DNA of 64,000 nucleotides. Source: Macrostomum lignano (taxonomy: Eukaryota). Below the pieces are notes generated by a model, which worked only from the letters and a program-made list of their open reading frames with translations, had not been told where the DNA came from and ran no database searches. Shown here piece by piece: positions 1 through 13,932 of the stretch. The stretch spans positions 1 through 64,000 of the forward strand of contig NIVC01003537.1 in NCBI GenBank assembly GCA_002269645.1. Reading direction: 5' to 3'. Each line of letters starts with the position of its first letter. Position 1 is the stretch's first letter. The position numbers and the translations under genes are program-made.

Positions 1-1676
1 GAGTCACAAATTTAATTAACTAAGTAGACCACGTAAACTAATAACTAATAATATATTATTCCTTCAAAATTTGTTATACTATCGTTATACTAAGACCTAG
101 TTTTACTAGGTCTCGGTCTTTGAGCTTTTAGTGTGTGAAATGTTTTTTATACTTTTTTAGACACTTACAATGGATAAAATGCTTAGTATGATGCAATGTT
201 TATCAGAATAAGAATTCAGTCAGCCAGTTTTTTTCTATAATTCTTACTATGCATTTCTCGTGAAAGGGCTACTTGACCTTTGCAGAAAAGTACTTTTTCT
301 TTTAGCTTTTAGCTTTTTTAGCATTGACCCATTTCTTAGCCACGATACATGTACCCTCACGGAAAAATTTCTGATCTAATGGTGCAAGTTTGAAGAAAAT
401 CGGTTCACACAATGTCAAGTTAAGCCAAAGTTCGTATAGATACATAGGTCGGTATATAGCTTTATTTTTAGTATAACTGAATGAATGATGATAATTAGTC
501 ACTTGGTTTGTATTTTTTTGCTTTCAGATGTCAAATTTTACTTTTACATCGGCCGCCGATGGCGGGGCCTGCCAGTGGAGGCGGTTGCGGCCGCGGCGAT
601 GGCGGCCATCCGGTGGCAGCTGTCTGTATGTCTGTCTGTCTGTCTGTATGTCTTAGTGTCTATCTGTATGTCTTAGTGTCTGTCTGTCTGAGCCCGAATG
701 GAAGTTACGACAGAAGCAGCAGTTCCAGCTGAACCTACCGGACCTTCCAACGCTTTTCGTGATGAGAAGAAGCTGAGACGGTCAATCCAGGAGAGAGCAA
801 CGACTGCTTTCAAGAGAGCTGAAAACAGAGGCCCGATTCCATGGAAGCAAATGGAGAGTGACAAGCAAAACAAAACCAGATTTGCACGCGGAAGATTTTA
901 TCTTGATTTCAAGTCACCCATCATTTAAACAGGGCGGAATGTGTTCAGTTGGCCGAAAAGTTGGAAAATACGGATTTGGTATTTGTCAACTACCAACATT
1001 CTGACCTTGTTGCAGGTGCAGTGCATTCGGCCAGCCGGCCCCAGAGACGGCCCAGCCGACACCAGCACGGCCGCTGCAACAATAGCACGAGTGCTAAAAT
1101 GAACATCCCGGCAGACAAACCTGATGAGTTTGATAACTACGAGCTTGGATCTAGAACCAGCGCTTATCGAGAATTTTTTCACAAATACCAAAGCAGTGCA
1201 ACAGTGCCAGCGCAGCCGCAGGGAGCTGCTACTGTACTGACTAACACCAGCGTCGCAGGTGTTAACAGTAATCAAACAGGCATGTCTCATTCAGCTTTAG
1301 AGACGAGAGCCAATCCGACCACTATCAGTTTATTCGGCCGCTCGGCTGCTTTCGCTATAGTTAAGCATGTATTTATTCGAATTAAGAGCCAAAAAAACTT
1401 ACTGATTTTATACTCAGTAAAGCAATCCTCAGTCTCTTTGCAAGACTGGCCGCTTTGCAGAAAATGCTGTGGCAGAAGATCTGGTTCACTGCTGTGATTT
1501 TGCCCACTTTGCAATTCAATTCTGTATACTTTGCTGTGGTAATTATTGTCACTTTGCATACATCCAGATCCCCACTCCTGCGTTGTGATGACCTCTACGT
1601 GGTGCAGGAGAGACAACAACCCTGTTTACAAAAACACGGTTGGCTAACAATCACAGTTAGTATATAGCTAGTTAAA

Positions 1677-1800
1677 TCCCAGATCTCCCAGATTTCAGAT
1701 CTCAGATTTCATATATCAGATCTCAGATCCCAGATCTCAGATCCCAGATTTCAGATCTCAGATCCCAGTCTCAGATTTCAGATCCCAGATCCCGGGATTC
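1677..1800. repeat. CAGATC(T/C)-based short satellite
   Basis: Degenerate 7-bp units cagatct/cagattt/cagatcc. Confidence 0.85.
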
Positions 1801-2122
1801 TAAACTTTTAAATATACAAAATACAACAGTCATTACCTATATTGTGCATATATTCTTAATGTCTTTTTTCTCATGAAAATACCTGTGTATTAGAACTCCC
1901 ACGACTCCAACTCCCTCTTCTCTTCTCTGTCTCCTCTTTCTTTCTACTGACTCCCTCCTCTATCGTGTATCATCTCTCTTCCATCTCCCAATGCACCCCA
2001 GCTCTCACTTCTCTCCCATTTTTCCCTGTTCACCCTATCTGTCACTTCTTCCATTTCTCCCATATTTAGTATATAAAAATACAAATTTCGAAAGGTAATA
2101 GAATTTCTGTAATCATTTGCAG

Positions 2123-2409
2123 CAATGGCGAAAAAGAACAAAAAAGGGCCCCAAAAAGGGCCCCCGCAGCCCAGCCTGACCCTCCAGCGGCGGAGGCAGC
2201 TCCAGCGGCGGAGGCAGCTCCGGCGGCAGCTCCAGCGGCGGAGGCAGCTCCGGAGGCAGCTCCAGCGGCGGAGGCAGCTCCAGCGGCGGAGGCAGCTCCG
2301 GAGGCAGCTCCGGCGGCGGCGGAGGCGTTGGCAGCTCAAGCGGCGGAGGCGGCTGCTAGACGGCGGCGGGCCGCCGCTGGGCACGGCGTCCGCAAGAGGG
2401 AAACTTTGA
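2123..2409 (+). CDS. Candidate GC-rich low-complexity exon (Arg/Gln-rich in the ATG frame, Pro/Ala/Glu-rich in another frame)
   Basis: Acceptor-like tttgcag immediately before caATGGCG. Open 94-aa ORF MAKKNKKGPQKGPP...(QRRRQL)n built from 12-18 bp internal repeats. No strong donor site seen. Confidence 0.25.
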
Positions 2410-2454
2410 TACGTGCATTTGCTGCCTAAATCATTTCTATATATATCTTTGCTA

Positions 2455-4570
2455 TCTAGATCTCAGATCTTAGATCTCAGATTCCAGATCCCAGATCTCA
2501 GATTCCAGTTTTCAGGTTCCAGATCCCAGATCTCAGATTCCAGATTTCAGGTTCCAGATCTCAGATTCCAGATCCCAGATCTCAGATTCCAGATCCAGAT
2601 CTCAGATTCCAGATCCCAGATCTCAGATCTTAAATCTCAGATTCCAGATCCCAGATCTCAGATTCCAGATCTCAGATTCCAGATTCCAGATCTCAGATCT
2701 TAAATCTCAGATCTTAGATCTCAGATCTTAGATCTCAGATCTTAGATCTCAGATTCCAGATCACAGATTCCAGTTTTCAGGTTCCAGATCCAGATCTCAG
2801 ATTCCAGATTTCAGGTTCCAGATCTCAGATTCCGGATCCCAGATCTCAGATTTTAAATCTCAGATTCCAGATCCCTGATCTCAGATTCTAGATCCCAGAT
2901 CTCAGATCTTAAATCTCAGATTCTAGATCCCAGATCTCAGATTTTAGATCTCAGATTCCAGATTACAGATTCCAGATCTCACATTCCAGATCCCAGATCT
3001 CAGATTCCAGATCCCAGATCTCAGATTCCAGTTTTCAGGTTCCAGATCTCAGATTCCAGATCTCAGATCTTAAATCTCAGATTCCAGATCCCAGATCTCA
3101 GATTCCAGATCCCAGATCTCAGATTCAAGATCCCAGATCTCAGATCTTAAATCTCAGATTCCAGATCCCAGATCTCAGATCTTAAATCTTAAATTTTAGA
3201 TCCCAGATTTTAGATCTTAAATCTCAGATTCTAGATCCCAGATCTCAGATCTTAAATCTCAGATTTTAGTTCTCAGATCCTAGATACCATATTCCAGATC
3301 TCAGATTCCAGATTCCAGATCCCAGATTTCAGATCTTTAATCTCAGATCTTAGATCTCAGATTCCAGATCTCAGATTCCAGATCTCAGATTCCAGTTTTC
3401 AGGTTCCAGATCCCAGATCTCAGATTCCAGATTTCAGGTTCCAGATCTCAGATTCCAGATCCCAGATCTCAGATCTTAAATCTCAGATTCCAGATCCCAG
3501 ATCTCAGATTCTAGATCCCAGATCTCAGATCTTAAATCTCTGATTCCAGATTTCTGATCTCAGATACTAGATCCCAGATCTCAGATCTTAAATCTCAGAT
3601 TCTAGATCCCAGATCTCAGATCTTAAATCTCAGATTTTAGATCTCAGATCCCAGATTCCAGATCTCAGATTCCAGATCTCAGATTCCAGATTTCAGATCC
3701 CAAATCTCAGATCTTAAATCTCAGATCTTAGATCTCAGATTCCAGTTTTCAGGTTCCAGATCCCAGATCTCAGATTCCAGTTTTCAGGTTCCAGATCCCA
3801 GATCTGATTCCAGATTTCAGGTTCCAGATCTCAGATTCCAGATCCCAGATCTCAGATCTTAAATCTCAGATTCCAGATCCCAGATCTCAGATTCTAGATC
3901 CCAGATCTCAGATCTTAAATCTCTGATTCCAGATTTCTGATCTCAGATACTAGATCCCAGATCTCAGATCTTAAATCTCAGATTCTAGATCCCAGATCTC
4001 AGATCTTAAATCTCAGATTTTAGATCTCAGATCCCAGATTCCAGATCTCAGATTCCAGATCTCAGATTCCAGATTTCAGATCCCAAATCTCAGATCTTAA
4101 ATCTCAGATCTTAGATCTCAGATTCCAGTTTTCAGGTTCCAGATCCCAGATCTCAGATTCCAGTTTTCAGGTTCCAGATCCCAGATCTGATTCCAGATTT
4201 CAGGTTCCAGATCTCAGATTCCAGATCCCAGATCTCAGATCTTAAATCTCAGATTCCAGACCCCTGATCTCAGATTCTAGATCCCAGATCTCAGATCCTA
4301 AATCTCAGATTCTAGATCCCAGATCTCAGATCTTAAATCTCAGATTTTAGATCTCAGATCCAGATTCCAGATCTCAGATTCCAGATCCCAGATCTCAGAT
4401 CTTAAATCTCAGATCTTAGATCTCAGATTCCAGATCCCAGATCTCAGATTCCAGTTTTCAGGTTGCAGATCCCAGATCCCAGATTCCAGATCTCAGATTC
4501 CAGATCCAAGATCTCAGATCTCAGATTCCAGATTTCAGGTTCCAGATCTAACATTCTAGATCTCAGATCT
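2455..4570. repeat. CAGAT(CT/TC/CC) 7-bp satellite array with a higher-order repeat of about 380 bp
   Basis: Continuous 7-bp variant units. The diagnostic variant tgattccagatttctgatctcagatactag recurs at 3541 and 3924. Confidence 0.95.
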
Positions 4571-4696
4571 CAGACACAGTCTCAAGTTAGAATAAGCTTT
4601 ACTGAGCTTTCAGATTGATGGTCAGGCACTAGGACATTACATTACACAGAATTAAATTCAGCAAGCTTATTTGTGTAAATATTAATTTATTTCCAG

Positions 4697-7600
4697 ATGC
4701 AAACCGTCGCCCGCCTGCAGCTGCTCCAAGCCCAGCTGCTGGGCCAGCTGGCTGGGTAAGATATTCTTCAAGTATTGAATGCTAAATTGTATACTCCTAA
4801 ATATGCAGTCTAATTTCTTTTTATTTACGATTTAAATCGTAACTAGATCGGCTTCGTCTCGGCCCATCAACACAGTCCTCAGTCTTGTATGTGGTCCAGA
4901 TAAATCAGTCCATGGGGTGATACCTTATACATATGCAGGCTAGCAAAAGAAGGCTATAGGGCTGCAGGGATCAAAAGTGAAGCTGCTGGCAGATCGTAGG
5001 AGATTTCAGATTTTCAGGTGTAAAATCCCTCCCCCTCTATGCTTAAGACCTCATTAATTCTCAGCACTGTCAAACACCTTTTAGAGGCCCAGCAGTTCCT
5101 TCAGTGGCTGCACTGGCTGGTCCCTCAGGTCCTTCAGTGGGTGCCCCCTCAGATCCTTCAGTGGATGCCCCTTTAGAACCCAAAATCTAAAATCGAAAAT
5201 CGACACATTTCGTAGCTGTCTACTTGGTCAGAGAAGGCATCCCCGAATCTCCAGATTTCCTGATTCTCACATCCTTTTCCCTGAATGTCATATCTTCCTA
5301 TCTGATTTCCTCATGTTCATCTCAGAATAGCCTCATACACAACACAACTATAGTTTATGTATAACGTCTCTGTGCATCAAAAACTGAGCAGTTTAGAGTT
5401 AATAAGCAATTTACTATAAATGAAATAAACAACAGTTCTCAGAGTAAAACTTACACTTGTTCTCTGGTTCTAATGTTCTCGCTATCAGAGACCTTATTCA
5501 CGTCCATCCCCGCCCCACCCGAAATATCTTGATAGAACAAATTGCGCGCCTCTCAAAAAAACTTAGATTGCGACTTTTGAACTTTACAGAAATACTGGCT
5601 TCGGCTTAAGGGCCGAAGGGCGAGGCGGAGGGCGAGGCGGAGGGCGAGGCGGGGCGAGGGCGAGGCCGAGGCGGCCAGCCTGTCCATCATTGGTAAGTTG
5701 CCATAGGACACCATTTGTTTTTCAACACACAAAATTTAATTTTTTGGACACATACATGTACAGTCCAGACACCTGTACAGACACACAGAGAGACAGAAAA
5801 ACATCGAGAAGGACAGATAAACGGGCAGACAGACAGGTGATAAATGTGAGGGAAAATCAACGAGAGAAGAATCCGAGGGACGTGAGAGAGGCAGAGGCCA
5901 GAGTTTGCCAATACATGTTCTTGAGTCAGACAGACATTTCCTGACATTCTGCGCAGCACCCCAGCCATTTTAACTATTGACAAGTTTTTGTTGGAATATG
6001 ACTTCAGATTTTGGAAAACATGCAAAAGTAGTTTGGGGGATTGGAATTCCACGGTTTCAATATACGCGGTTTTCAGTAGCTTGTGCTAAGCGGGTCTATG
6101 AACTCTGCCGAAATCTGCTAGCGAGAATCCAAACAAAACCGGCAAGCAGCAATTTGGCTAGCCGAACTCAGGAAGTTTTAATTCGGTAGAGACAATTTGC
6201 TTAGTCAAGTTTCGCAAGAATTTCACTAAATCCTCTATAGCGTCGCTCCACTTTTACCAATCCTCTTCAAATTGGACACAATCCAATTTTCAACTATTTT
6301 GACACAATCGTATAAAGTTTCGAGTCTCGAAGTTAATTCTGAACGGCACTGTGTACTTTTAAAGTTAGTCTGCTTTCCGTCAGCGAGACAGCCACCCCAA
6401 CCTCCGTCTCTCTCCTTCCTGGCCACTAGAGAGATGTGTGAAAGGGGTTTAAAATTGACTAACTTTCAGCTGACACAAGTTTGCTCCACGTATACAGCGA
6501 TTGACTTTAAACTTTATACAATTCTTCATTGACTCATTCTCTGTCTAAATATAAAGTCTCAACTTTGTACTTCAGTTAGAAAAGAAACTGTAGGCATGTG
6601 AAGTTTGTCTGCTTTTTGTTGTTTGTGCTACTGCACTCACTCATTCCCCCAGACAAGGATCAGGTGATAGGGATAACTGTGAGGGAAAGTTGAAATAATT
6701 TTTTATAGCCTTCTCTGGTAACGTTAAGCCATGACAGTACAGTAAGGAATTCAACTACTGTCCTACTACGAGCTATCTGATTGCGACTTGAGAGTATTCT
6801 GTCCCCCCACAATGACAAACTGACCTTCCAAGCACTTGAACTGATGAGCCAGCAGATTTGTCTGTCTTGTGTGTCTGACCATACGCTCGTATATATTCTA
6901 TATGTACTAATATACATTATAAATTCTAATTCTAAATTCTAGTATATTATATATAGTCAAATAGTTTTCCCATAAAAGTTTGAACTCTGGCTTGCAAGCA
7001 GCCTACTAGGAGTTATCGTACATTGAGAGAGGGCCACCGTTCTACACCCACCCCAAAACTGAGCACGCGGGCCAATGAGAATTCTCCACGGTGAGTTAGG
7101 CAAGCCAACCCCTCCCTTTGATTAATGAGCCTCTCGCTTTTTGATTCAACGACGGCCACCACCCACGGTGTAAGTTAATTTGTGGCTTTATTCACCAGTA
7201 TCAAGGAGCTTATATAAAGAGCTGGAAAGAAAAGGCTATCCTTGTCTCATTTTAAGCATAGGCCTGCATAGAGTATAAATATTTGAGCGCAAGCCTAACG
7301 GCTATACTTGGTTATTTTTAATTTGTCTTTAAATACAGGTAAGTTCAAGGAATCGAATAATTTTAAAGCGAAAATGCCACTGTTTGAATAATTCTTAGTA
7401 AAATTCAGTTTTGCTGCAAGCGCACGATATCAAGTTTTTTCAATGGAATATATTAGATTAATCTTTTAACGAGCGTCATAAGACTTGGCGCCACGTTTTT
7501 TTGATTGTGATTTTTGCTTGCACAAATTGTAGATGGCATTTTGAACTTTAAAATTGTTCGACTTCCTAGAGTCTTACTTTGATAATACGCTTCATAATAA

Positions 7601-8436
7601 CCAATATTTGCTTAGTTATAAGCATATATAGTGAGTTTTAAGCTATGCGCATTTAGTTATAACAGACTTAGACATTTATTATAGGTGGATATTTACAGTT
7701 CATAATAAGCTATATATATATATTTAGTAATAAGCTATATATAGTTATTTCTGTCATATCTGTTATCTATCCTAGTGTCTATCTTAGTGTCTGTCCCAAT
7801 GTCTTTCTTAGTGTCTGTCTTACTCCACTTCTCTCCCGTTGTCTCTCCTCTGCTCTCTCTCCCGTCTTCTTTCCTCTCTTAGTACTCTCATGGCTGTTCT
7901 CATGCTTTGATCATGTCTTCTTTCTTGCCAATTTGCAGTCCTGAAAGGAATTTGTGTATTTTCATCTCCACTGCAGTCTGCAGCAGTTTAACAACAAAGG
8001 AAATACGCATTTCTTAGGAGGAAATTTAAAATTCAAAGTACTTTTAAGAGAAACCTAAAATTTCCATGGTGTGACTAATTTAGTAGGGTTGTATTGCATT
8101 GCATCGCCTTTTCATAAATCTTTCGCTTTTACAAACCATGCTGGATTCCCACCGTTTCTAGTGCTCCCAAAGCACACAAATTTTTCCTATACACAAGCAA
8201 TATACTGAACACAGACCTTTAAATCCAGGAGGTTCACCCTGAGTATCTGAGTGACCTGCGAGACAACTAGGAAGAGTAGGCTACTAAAATTAGTATGAGG
8301 AGGACATGTGCACTATGGTTTCTAGACATACACTAGCATCATGTTTTAAGTGACGCAATTCATCATTATGGTTTCAAGATGGCGCGAAAAATGGTTTTTT
8401 TCACTCAACTCTGGTTTCTTTTCCAGATGTATCTAG

Positions 8437-8473
<37 letters not shown>

Positions 8474-8549
8474 ACCACCGCCGCCGCTGCCTCAGCGCCG
8501 CATTCGGCGCCGGATCCGGCGCCTACGAAGCAGCGGCCTACGGCTTTAG
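4697..8549 (+). CDS. Candidate 3-exon low-complexity microprotein (exons 4697-4755, 5590-5692, 8427-8549): RGG-like, poly-Pro, Arg-rich tail
   Basis: Canonical sites ttccag|ATG...GG|gtaag, ttacag|A...TTG|gtaag and ttttccag|ATG. The joined exons give an open 94-aa frame ending at TAG 8547-8549. No recognisable domain. Confidence 0.3.
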
Positions 8550-8689
8550 CCTTTGCCTTAGCCTTAGCCTTTAGCTTAGCCTTTAGCTTTAGCCTTAGCT
8601 TCGAACTTTAACTGAGCTGGGCGGGCTGGGTTATCCGACTGTGGGGAAAGTTTTCGGAATTTTTTAACATTTTTAAATGGACAGACATT

Positions 8690-8875
8690 TTTAGACAGAC
8701 AGACAGGCCGAGAGACAGACAGACATACAGAATGACAGACAGACAGACAGACATACATACAGAATGACAGACAGACCGATACAGACAGACATACAGAAGG
8801 ACAGACAGACTGACAGGCAGGCGAACCGATACAGACATACATACAGACACACAGAAGGACAGACAGACAGACAAT
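8690..8875. repeat. (AGAC)n-type microsatellite
   Basis: Degenerate agacagac runs. Confidence 0.85.
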
Positions 8876-10261
8876 TCCGAGAACTTTCCCTACAATCAGA
8901 TATGAACCCTCGGGGCGAAATGGTTTGCTGTGTATTATCTGTGTATTCTCTGTAGATTATGTATTGTATTTAAATAAAAATGGTTCGCCCCGAGGGTTCT
9001 TACCCAGCCCCCTTTTTGGATTAAAAATCTTTGCCTTCAATTTCTTCCTTATTTATTGATCATACCATAGTATAAGCTTGGCAAGTTGTAATCAGTAAAA
9101 AAGCATTGCACACTGTTACGATTTACATTTAAAAAAATATTACTTAGGACTGCTGTTCAATGCAACCAATTAAGTTCAATTCCAGCACCCCAGCAGCCTT
9201 GGTTTGGCCACTCGGCTACGTTCTGATACTTGGCGGCACTGCATCCTACCATCCTACGAGTTATTGCATCCTACTACAACAGATAAGTACATTCCATCCA
9301 CAATTGACTCGTTCGTCTTAAGCAAATACCCTCCAGAATCCACCCTGGGTCTTCAGCAATATGTAACGAAGACAAAACTAACCAGTTAAAAACATTTTGC
9401 ACTCTCATTCAGATTCTGCCCGATCGCTACGAGGGCTTCGAGCGCGCTCTGCCGTTGCCGGAGCTCTGGGCTGCCGGCTTTTTAATCTAGCCGGACCTGG
9501 GGCCCAGGATATTCAACGCCTATGGCCTGGCCGCTGCGATGCCATAGGGGCACCACAAATCTGCACCTGGATACCTGGATACTTTTGTCACCATAGCAAG
9601 ACGAGTTGAAAGTGAGAAGCATATGAATGCTTATTTTAAACCAGTTTAATTATTGGTTTAGTAACTTTAGTTCAGTGAAAACGGAATTAACTGACTAACA
9701 TTGACAATTTTAATATCTTCGCTATAGCTACCATAAAGCTCTCTAGTCATGCTACGCTATAAATTTACACTGAATGTTGACTGTTTACATACGTTACCAA
9801 TTAATGAGCAATTAACTGATATCCACAGTCACTTATTACTCTGTATCCATGACAATACCTGTAAACTATTTTTTACTACTTAAATCCATCACAATAGTAA
9901 TCAATATTTTATTGCCTAATAAGTGAGATATCTTTTAATTCCATAATGTCAAATCCTATTTTACAATTCAATACATATCAGTTTTCAAATATCAATTCTC
10001 TACTTTTATTCGATTTATTTTATACTGTACTTCGATTTATTTATATTGATGCACTGCTTTATTACTCGCACACCATTATATACAAACTGTAACCAATACT
10101 GTAAAAATATTTGAAATATAATAATACATAGTGGCGTAAGAGCCGGCCAAGCTGAAGCGCCGGGCATCCTATATATCCTAAAAATGAGTTGTCTGTATCT
10201 TATATAATAAAAATGAGTTGCCTGTCGGTATTCTTTTCTAAGGCCCAAATACCAGTGCTTA

Positions 10262-11200
10262 CTTTTAGTGCTAAAATAAGTGCCTGCGGTGCTAAAATGA
10301 GTGCCTGCGGTGCTAAAATGAGTGCCTGCGGCGCTAAAATGAGCTTGCCTGCGGTGCTAAAATGAGTGACTGCGGCGCTAAAATGAGTGACTGCGGTGCT
10401 AAAATGAGTGCCTGCGGTGCTAAAATGAGTGACTGCGGCGCTAAAATGAGTGCCTGCGGTGCTAAAATGAGTGCCTGTGGTGCTAAAATGAGTGCCTGCG
10501 GTGCTAAAATGAGTGCCTGTGGTGCTAAAATGAGTGCCTGCGGTGCTAAAATGAGTGCCTGTGGTGCTAAAAGGAGTGCCTGTGGTGCTAAAATGAGTGC
10601 CTGCGGTGCTAAAATGAGTGCCTGCGGTGCTAAAATGAGTGCCTGCGGTGCTAAAATGAGTGCCTGTGGTGCTAAAAGGAGTGCCTGTGGTGCTAAAATG
10701 AGTGCCTGCGGTGCTAAAATGAGTGCCTGCGGTGCTAAAATGAGTGCCTGCGGTGCTAAAATGAGTGACTGCGGCGCTAAAATGAGTGCCTGCGGTGCTA
10801 AAATGAGTGCCTGTGGTGCTAAAATGAGTGCCTGCGGTGCTAAAATGAGTGCCTGCGGTGCTAAAATGAGTGCCTGTGGTGCTAAAAGGAGTGCCTGTGG
10901 TGCTAAAATGAGTGACTGCGGCGCTAAAATGAGTGCCTGCGGTGCTAAAATGAGTGCCTGTGGTGCTAAAATGAGTGCCTGCGGTGCTAAAATGAGTGCC
11001 TGCGGTGCTAAAATGAGTGCCTGCGGTGCTAAAATGAGTGCCTGTGGTGCTAAAATGAGTGCCTGCGGTGCTAAAATGAGTGCCTGCGGTGCTAAAATGA
11101 GTGCCTGCGGTGCTAAAATGAGTGCCTGCGGCGCTAAAATGAGTGCCTGCGGTGCTAAAATGAGTGACTGCGGCGCTAAAATGAGTGCCTGTGGCGCTAA
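10262..11200. repeat. 21-bp minisatellite GCTAAAATGAGTGCCTGCGGT (about 44 copies)
   Basis: Highly homogeneous tandem array. It explains the periodic ORFs 10334-11272 and 10362-11360. Confidence 0.97.
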
Positions 11201-13864
11201 AACTGATTTTGTTGCATTCGGGAATACAACAAATGGCATACTGAAAACATTAAAAAACCTTGCTGCAGTCACTTACATGTACTTACCTAACGATGGCTGT
11301 AGTAACTGTATACCACCTGACTGGGACAGAACTTCAGAACATACCGGATTGGGGAATTAGAGATATGCGCAGTCTAGATGTATCTACAATTTGTAAAACC
11401 TTGCTACGTACTTGTACTTCAGGAATACTAACGTACTCATTCCTTGCCGCCGTTATTTAGACTAGCATGCCTTTGCAATAAACAACACAGTCTAGACGGA
11501 CTGCAGAAAGTGCATAAATACTTAAATTGGTTTTCCGTTAAACTTGTTGCTTTCGAGTTTATCGAGTTTATTCGAGTTCAAAATGGTTTTCGAGGTTGTG
11601 AAATTTCGAGTTTATGAAAATAACTGGTTTCGATGTGAAATTTCGAGCTTGTGAAAGTGTAGTGACCTTCGCGAAAGTTCGATGCATTTGAATTATTTAA
11701 TTTCTAGAAATTTCCCCGTAGAGTACAAATTAAATTCTCGAAATTTCTCTCACAGTAACTAATTTCAATACTCGCATTTATAATTATTCAATGTATAATT
11801 TATTACAGTAAAGCAGTACTACAATCGATACAAATCTAATAGGAATCAACAATTAATATTTGTTTTGTTATAATGCTTAAAGTTTTCTAGAAGTTTCCGG
11901 CGATGCTCCTGATGGCTATAAATATACGGTGCCCACAGCGGATAATCTTTACTTCTTCCTTACTTCTTACTCCGCTGTCTTTTAAACAAATATAATACGA
12001 ACCACCGCCTAGCTCTTTCCTTTTCTTTTATTTACTTTAAACACTTACAAAAGCAACCCACGATACATTGATCTGTGAATACAATCAATACATTAAATAA
12101 AAGCAGTCAGATTCAGAGATCCTGTAATTGTTTTAGAGGATGATTTCCGTGAAAATACACTGGAGAATATATCATTAACAAAATATATTACCCAAAGCAT
12201 TTCATTCTGAAGGATGAAGACTACCATTATTTTAATATAGCGTGCACAACATGTTACTCTACTTTATTTTATATGCTAATAGTTGCGCGTTAATAAGTTT
12301 CATCATCCTAGTTTTCATTTTTAATACACTTATGAATTTTTTTACTGTTGTGTCCCTTCTTCACACTTTATATGCTACATTATATATACTTGTTTCAAGA
12401 CAAAGCAAAACAAAATATTTCGGCTACTGATACTAATGTCACTAGTGAGTATTTATAACCTTTGGCTTGTAAAAATCTAAAAAAGAATTATATCTAAATT
12501 ATATTCAGATTAAATCTAAATATAATCTATATTAAACAAAAACTTTTTAAACCCAACAGGCAACATACATGTATAAAATACAACAGACTGACATGCTTTG
12601 CATCCTAAATTAAAAGAATGGTAGTCTTCATTAACCGAGATCAAATGCTATCGCTTGATTTTGTGATGCAAAAATGACGCTTTTCCTGTCTCCGCATCCG
12701 CACTGTTATTTTTGATGGATATTAGCCTCCAAAAATTATAAAATTGCACGGCGAATGCCGCGAATGTACTGCCTGAGGTCTTGAGAAAGTTTCTGAATAA
12801 TTTTACTTTACTCTAGAACTGTATTAAATGCATGACAATTTATAATAACAATTAGGCTGCATTCTCATATGAACTTTAAAAATCATAAATTTACGATACA
12901 TTAAATAAAAAGTAACTGAGTTCTTGTTGTCAACAGCTACGGAAAACATTAACAAAACTGAACTTACCTATCGATTTTTTTACTCGTCCATGATAAAAGC
13001 AGGGGAGTTTTTAAGTTTTATTACAATACATAAAACATTTAAAACTTTTTTACCAGAAAAAATGTATCTAAGGTGGCACAACAGTTAAACTTTCAAATAT
13101 AGATTCTTTTTTAATAATTACGATACGTCGAAACGGTACCGGTATAATTGATATTCGACTTCAATGACAATAAATATGACAGGAACTAAATGTGCTTCAC
13201 CCGAAGTGTTACAAAAGATTACTAAGTGTTCAATATTAGCACTGCTAGACTCAAACCGTGCCAAAACAAAAACAAACCAAAAAAAACACAGACCATGAGT
13301 GATGAGTGCATGACTTCATGAGAGTTACTTAACTTTAGGCCTGCAACTGCCACATTAATGGACTGCCACATCGCTAACTTGCAGGCGGTTGAGCTTGCTG
13401 CTGATATTGGCAGCTGTGTGAGCTGTGAGCGCGTGCATGCAAGGAGCCTACCTGTGCTGTGCATCTTAGTATTAAGGCTATTGGCTAACCCGATAATAAA
13501 TCAATTTGGCTTATGAGTGGCTCTCCAATGCATTATCACCAGCTTAATCACTTAAATTCTACAAACCCAAAATGAGCTACTGATTTAAAGTACTATGATT
13601 ACAGACGAAGTATGAATGCTAATACTAAATTTCAAAAAATCATTTCCACCGTTTTTATTTATGTTCGAATAAATAATACTTTTTACTCTTTCAATACTAC
13701 TTTTCTAATCCGCGTATTTTCATCGCTTAAACTTAATAATCCTCTAATTTTAATAGTAATAATCCTTACCATAATTTAATGTTGTTCACTTAAATTCTAA
13801 TTTTTGGTCTTCTGCCTGTTCTGCTTTTTTTACACCCACAATACTTACATCAAGAAAATATTTT

Positions 13865-13932
13865 GTCTAGCAAGATTCGAACCTCAAACCTTCCAATTTC
13901 AAGTCAGGCGCACTGGCCACTCGACCAATTTT
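13865..13932 (-). ncRNA. tRNA-derived sequence (SINE head or tRNA pseudogene)
   Basis: Minus strand shows an A-box TGGTCGAGTGG and a B-box GGTTCGAATC at tRNA spacing. Anticodon and acceptor stems pair poorly. Confidence 0.55.

Noticed and set aside
10262-11360. 312- and 332-aa periodic ORFs (APQALIL / MSACGAK)
   Set aside because: These are stop-free frames of a 21-bp minisatellite on both strands, with no splice or coding context.
12214-12632. ~45-bp inverted repeat pair as a MITE
   Set aside because: The arms are diverged and no TSD could be identified.
13865-13932. Functional tRNA gene
   Set aside because: Promoter boxes are present but the acceptor and anticodon stems pair poorly; kept only as tRNA-derived.
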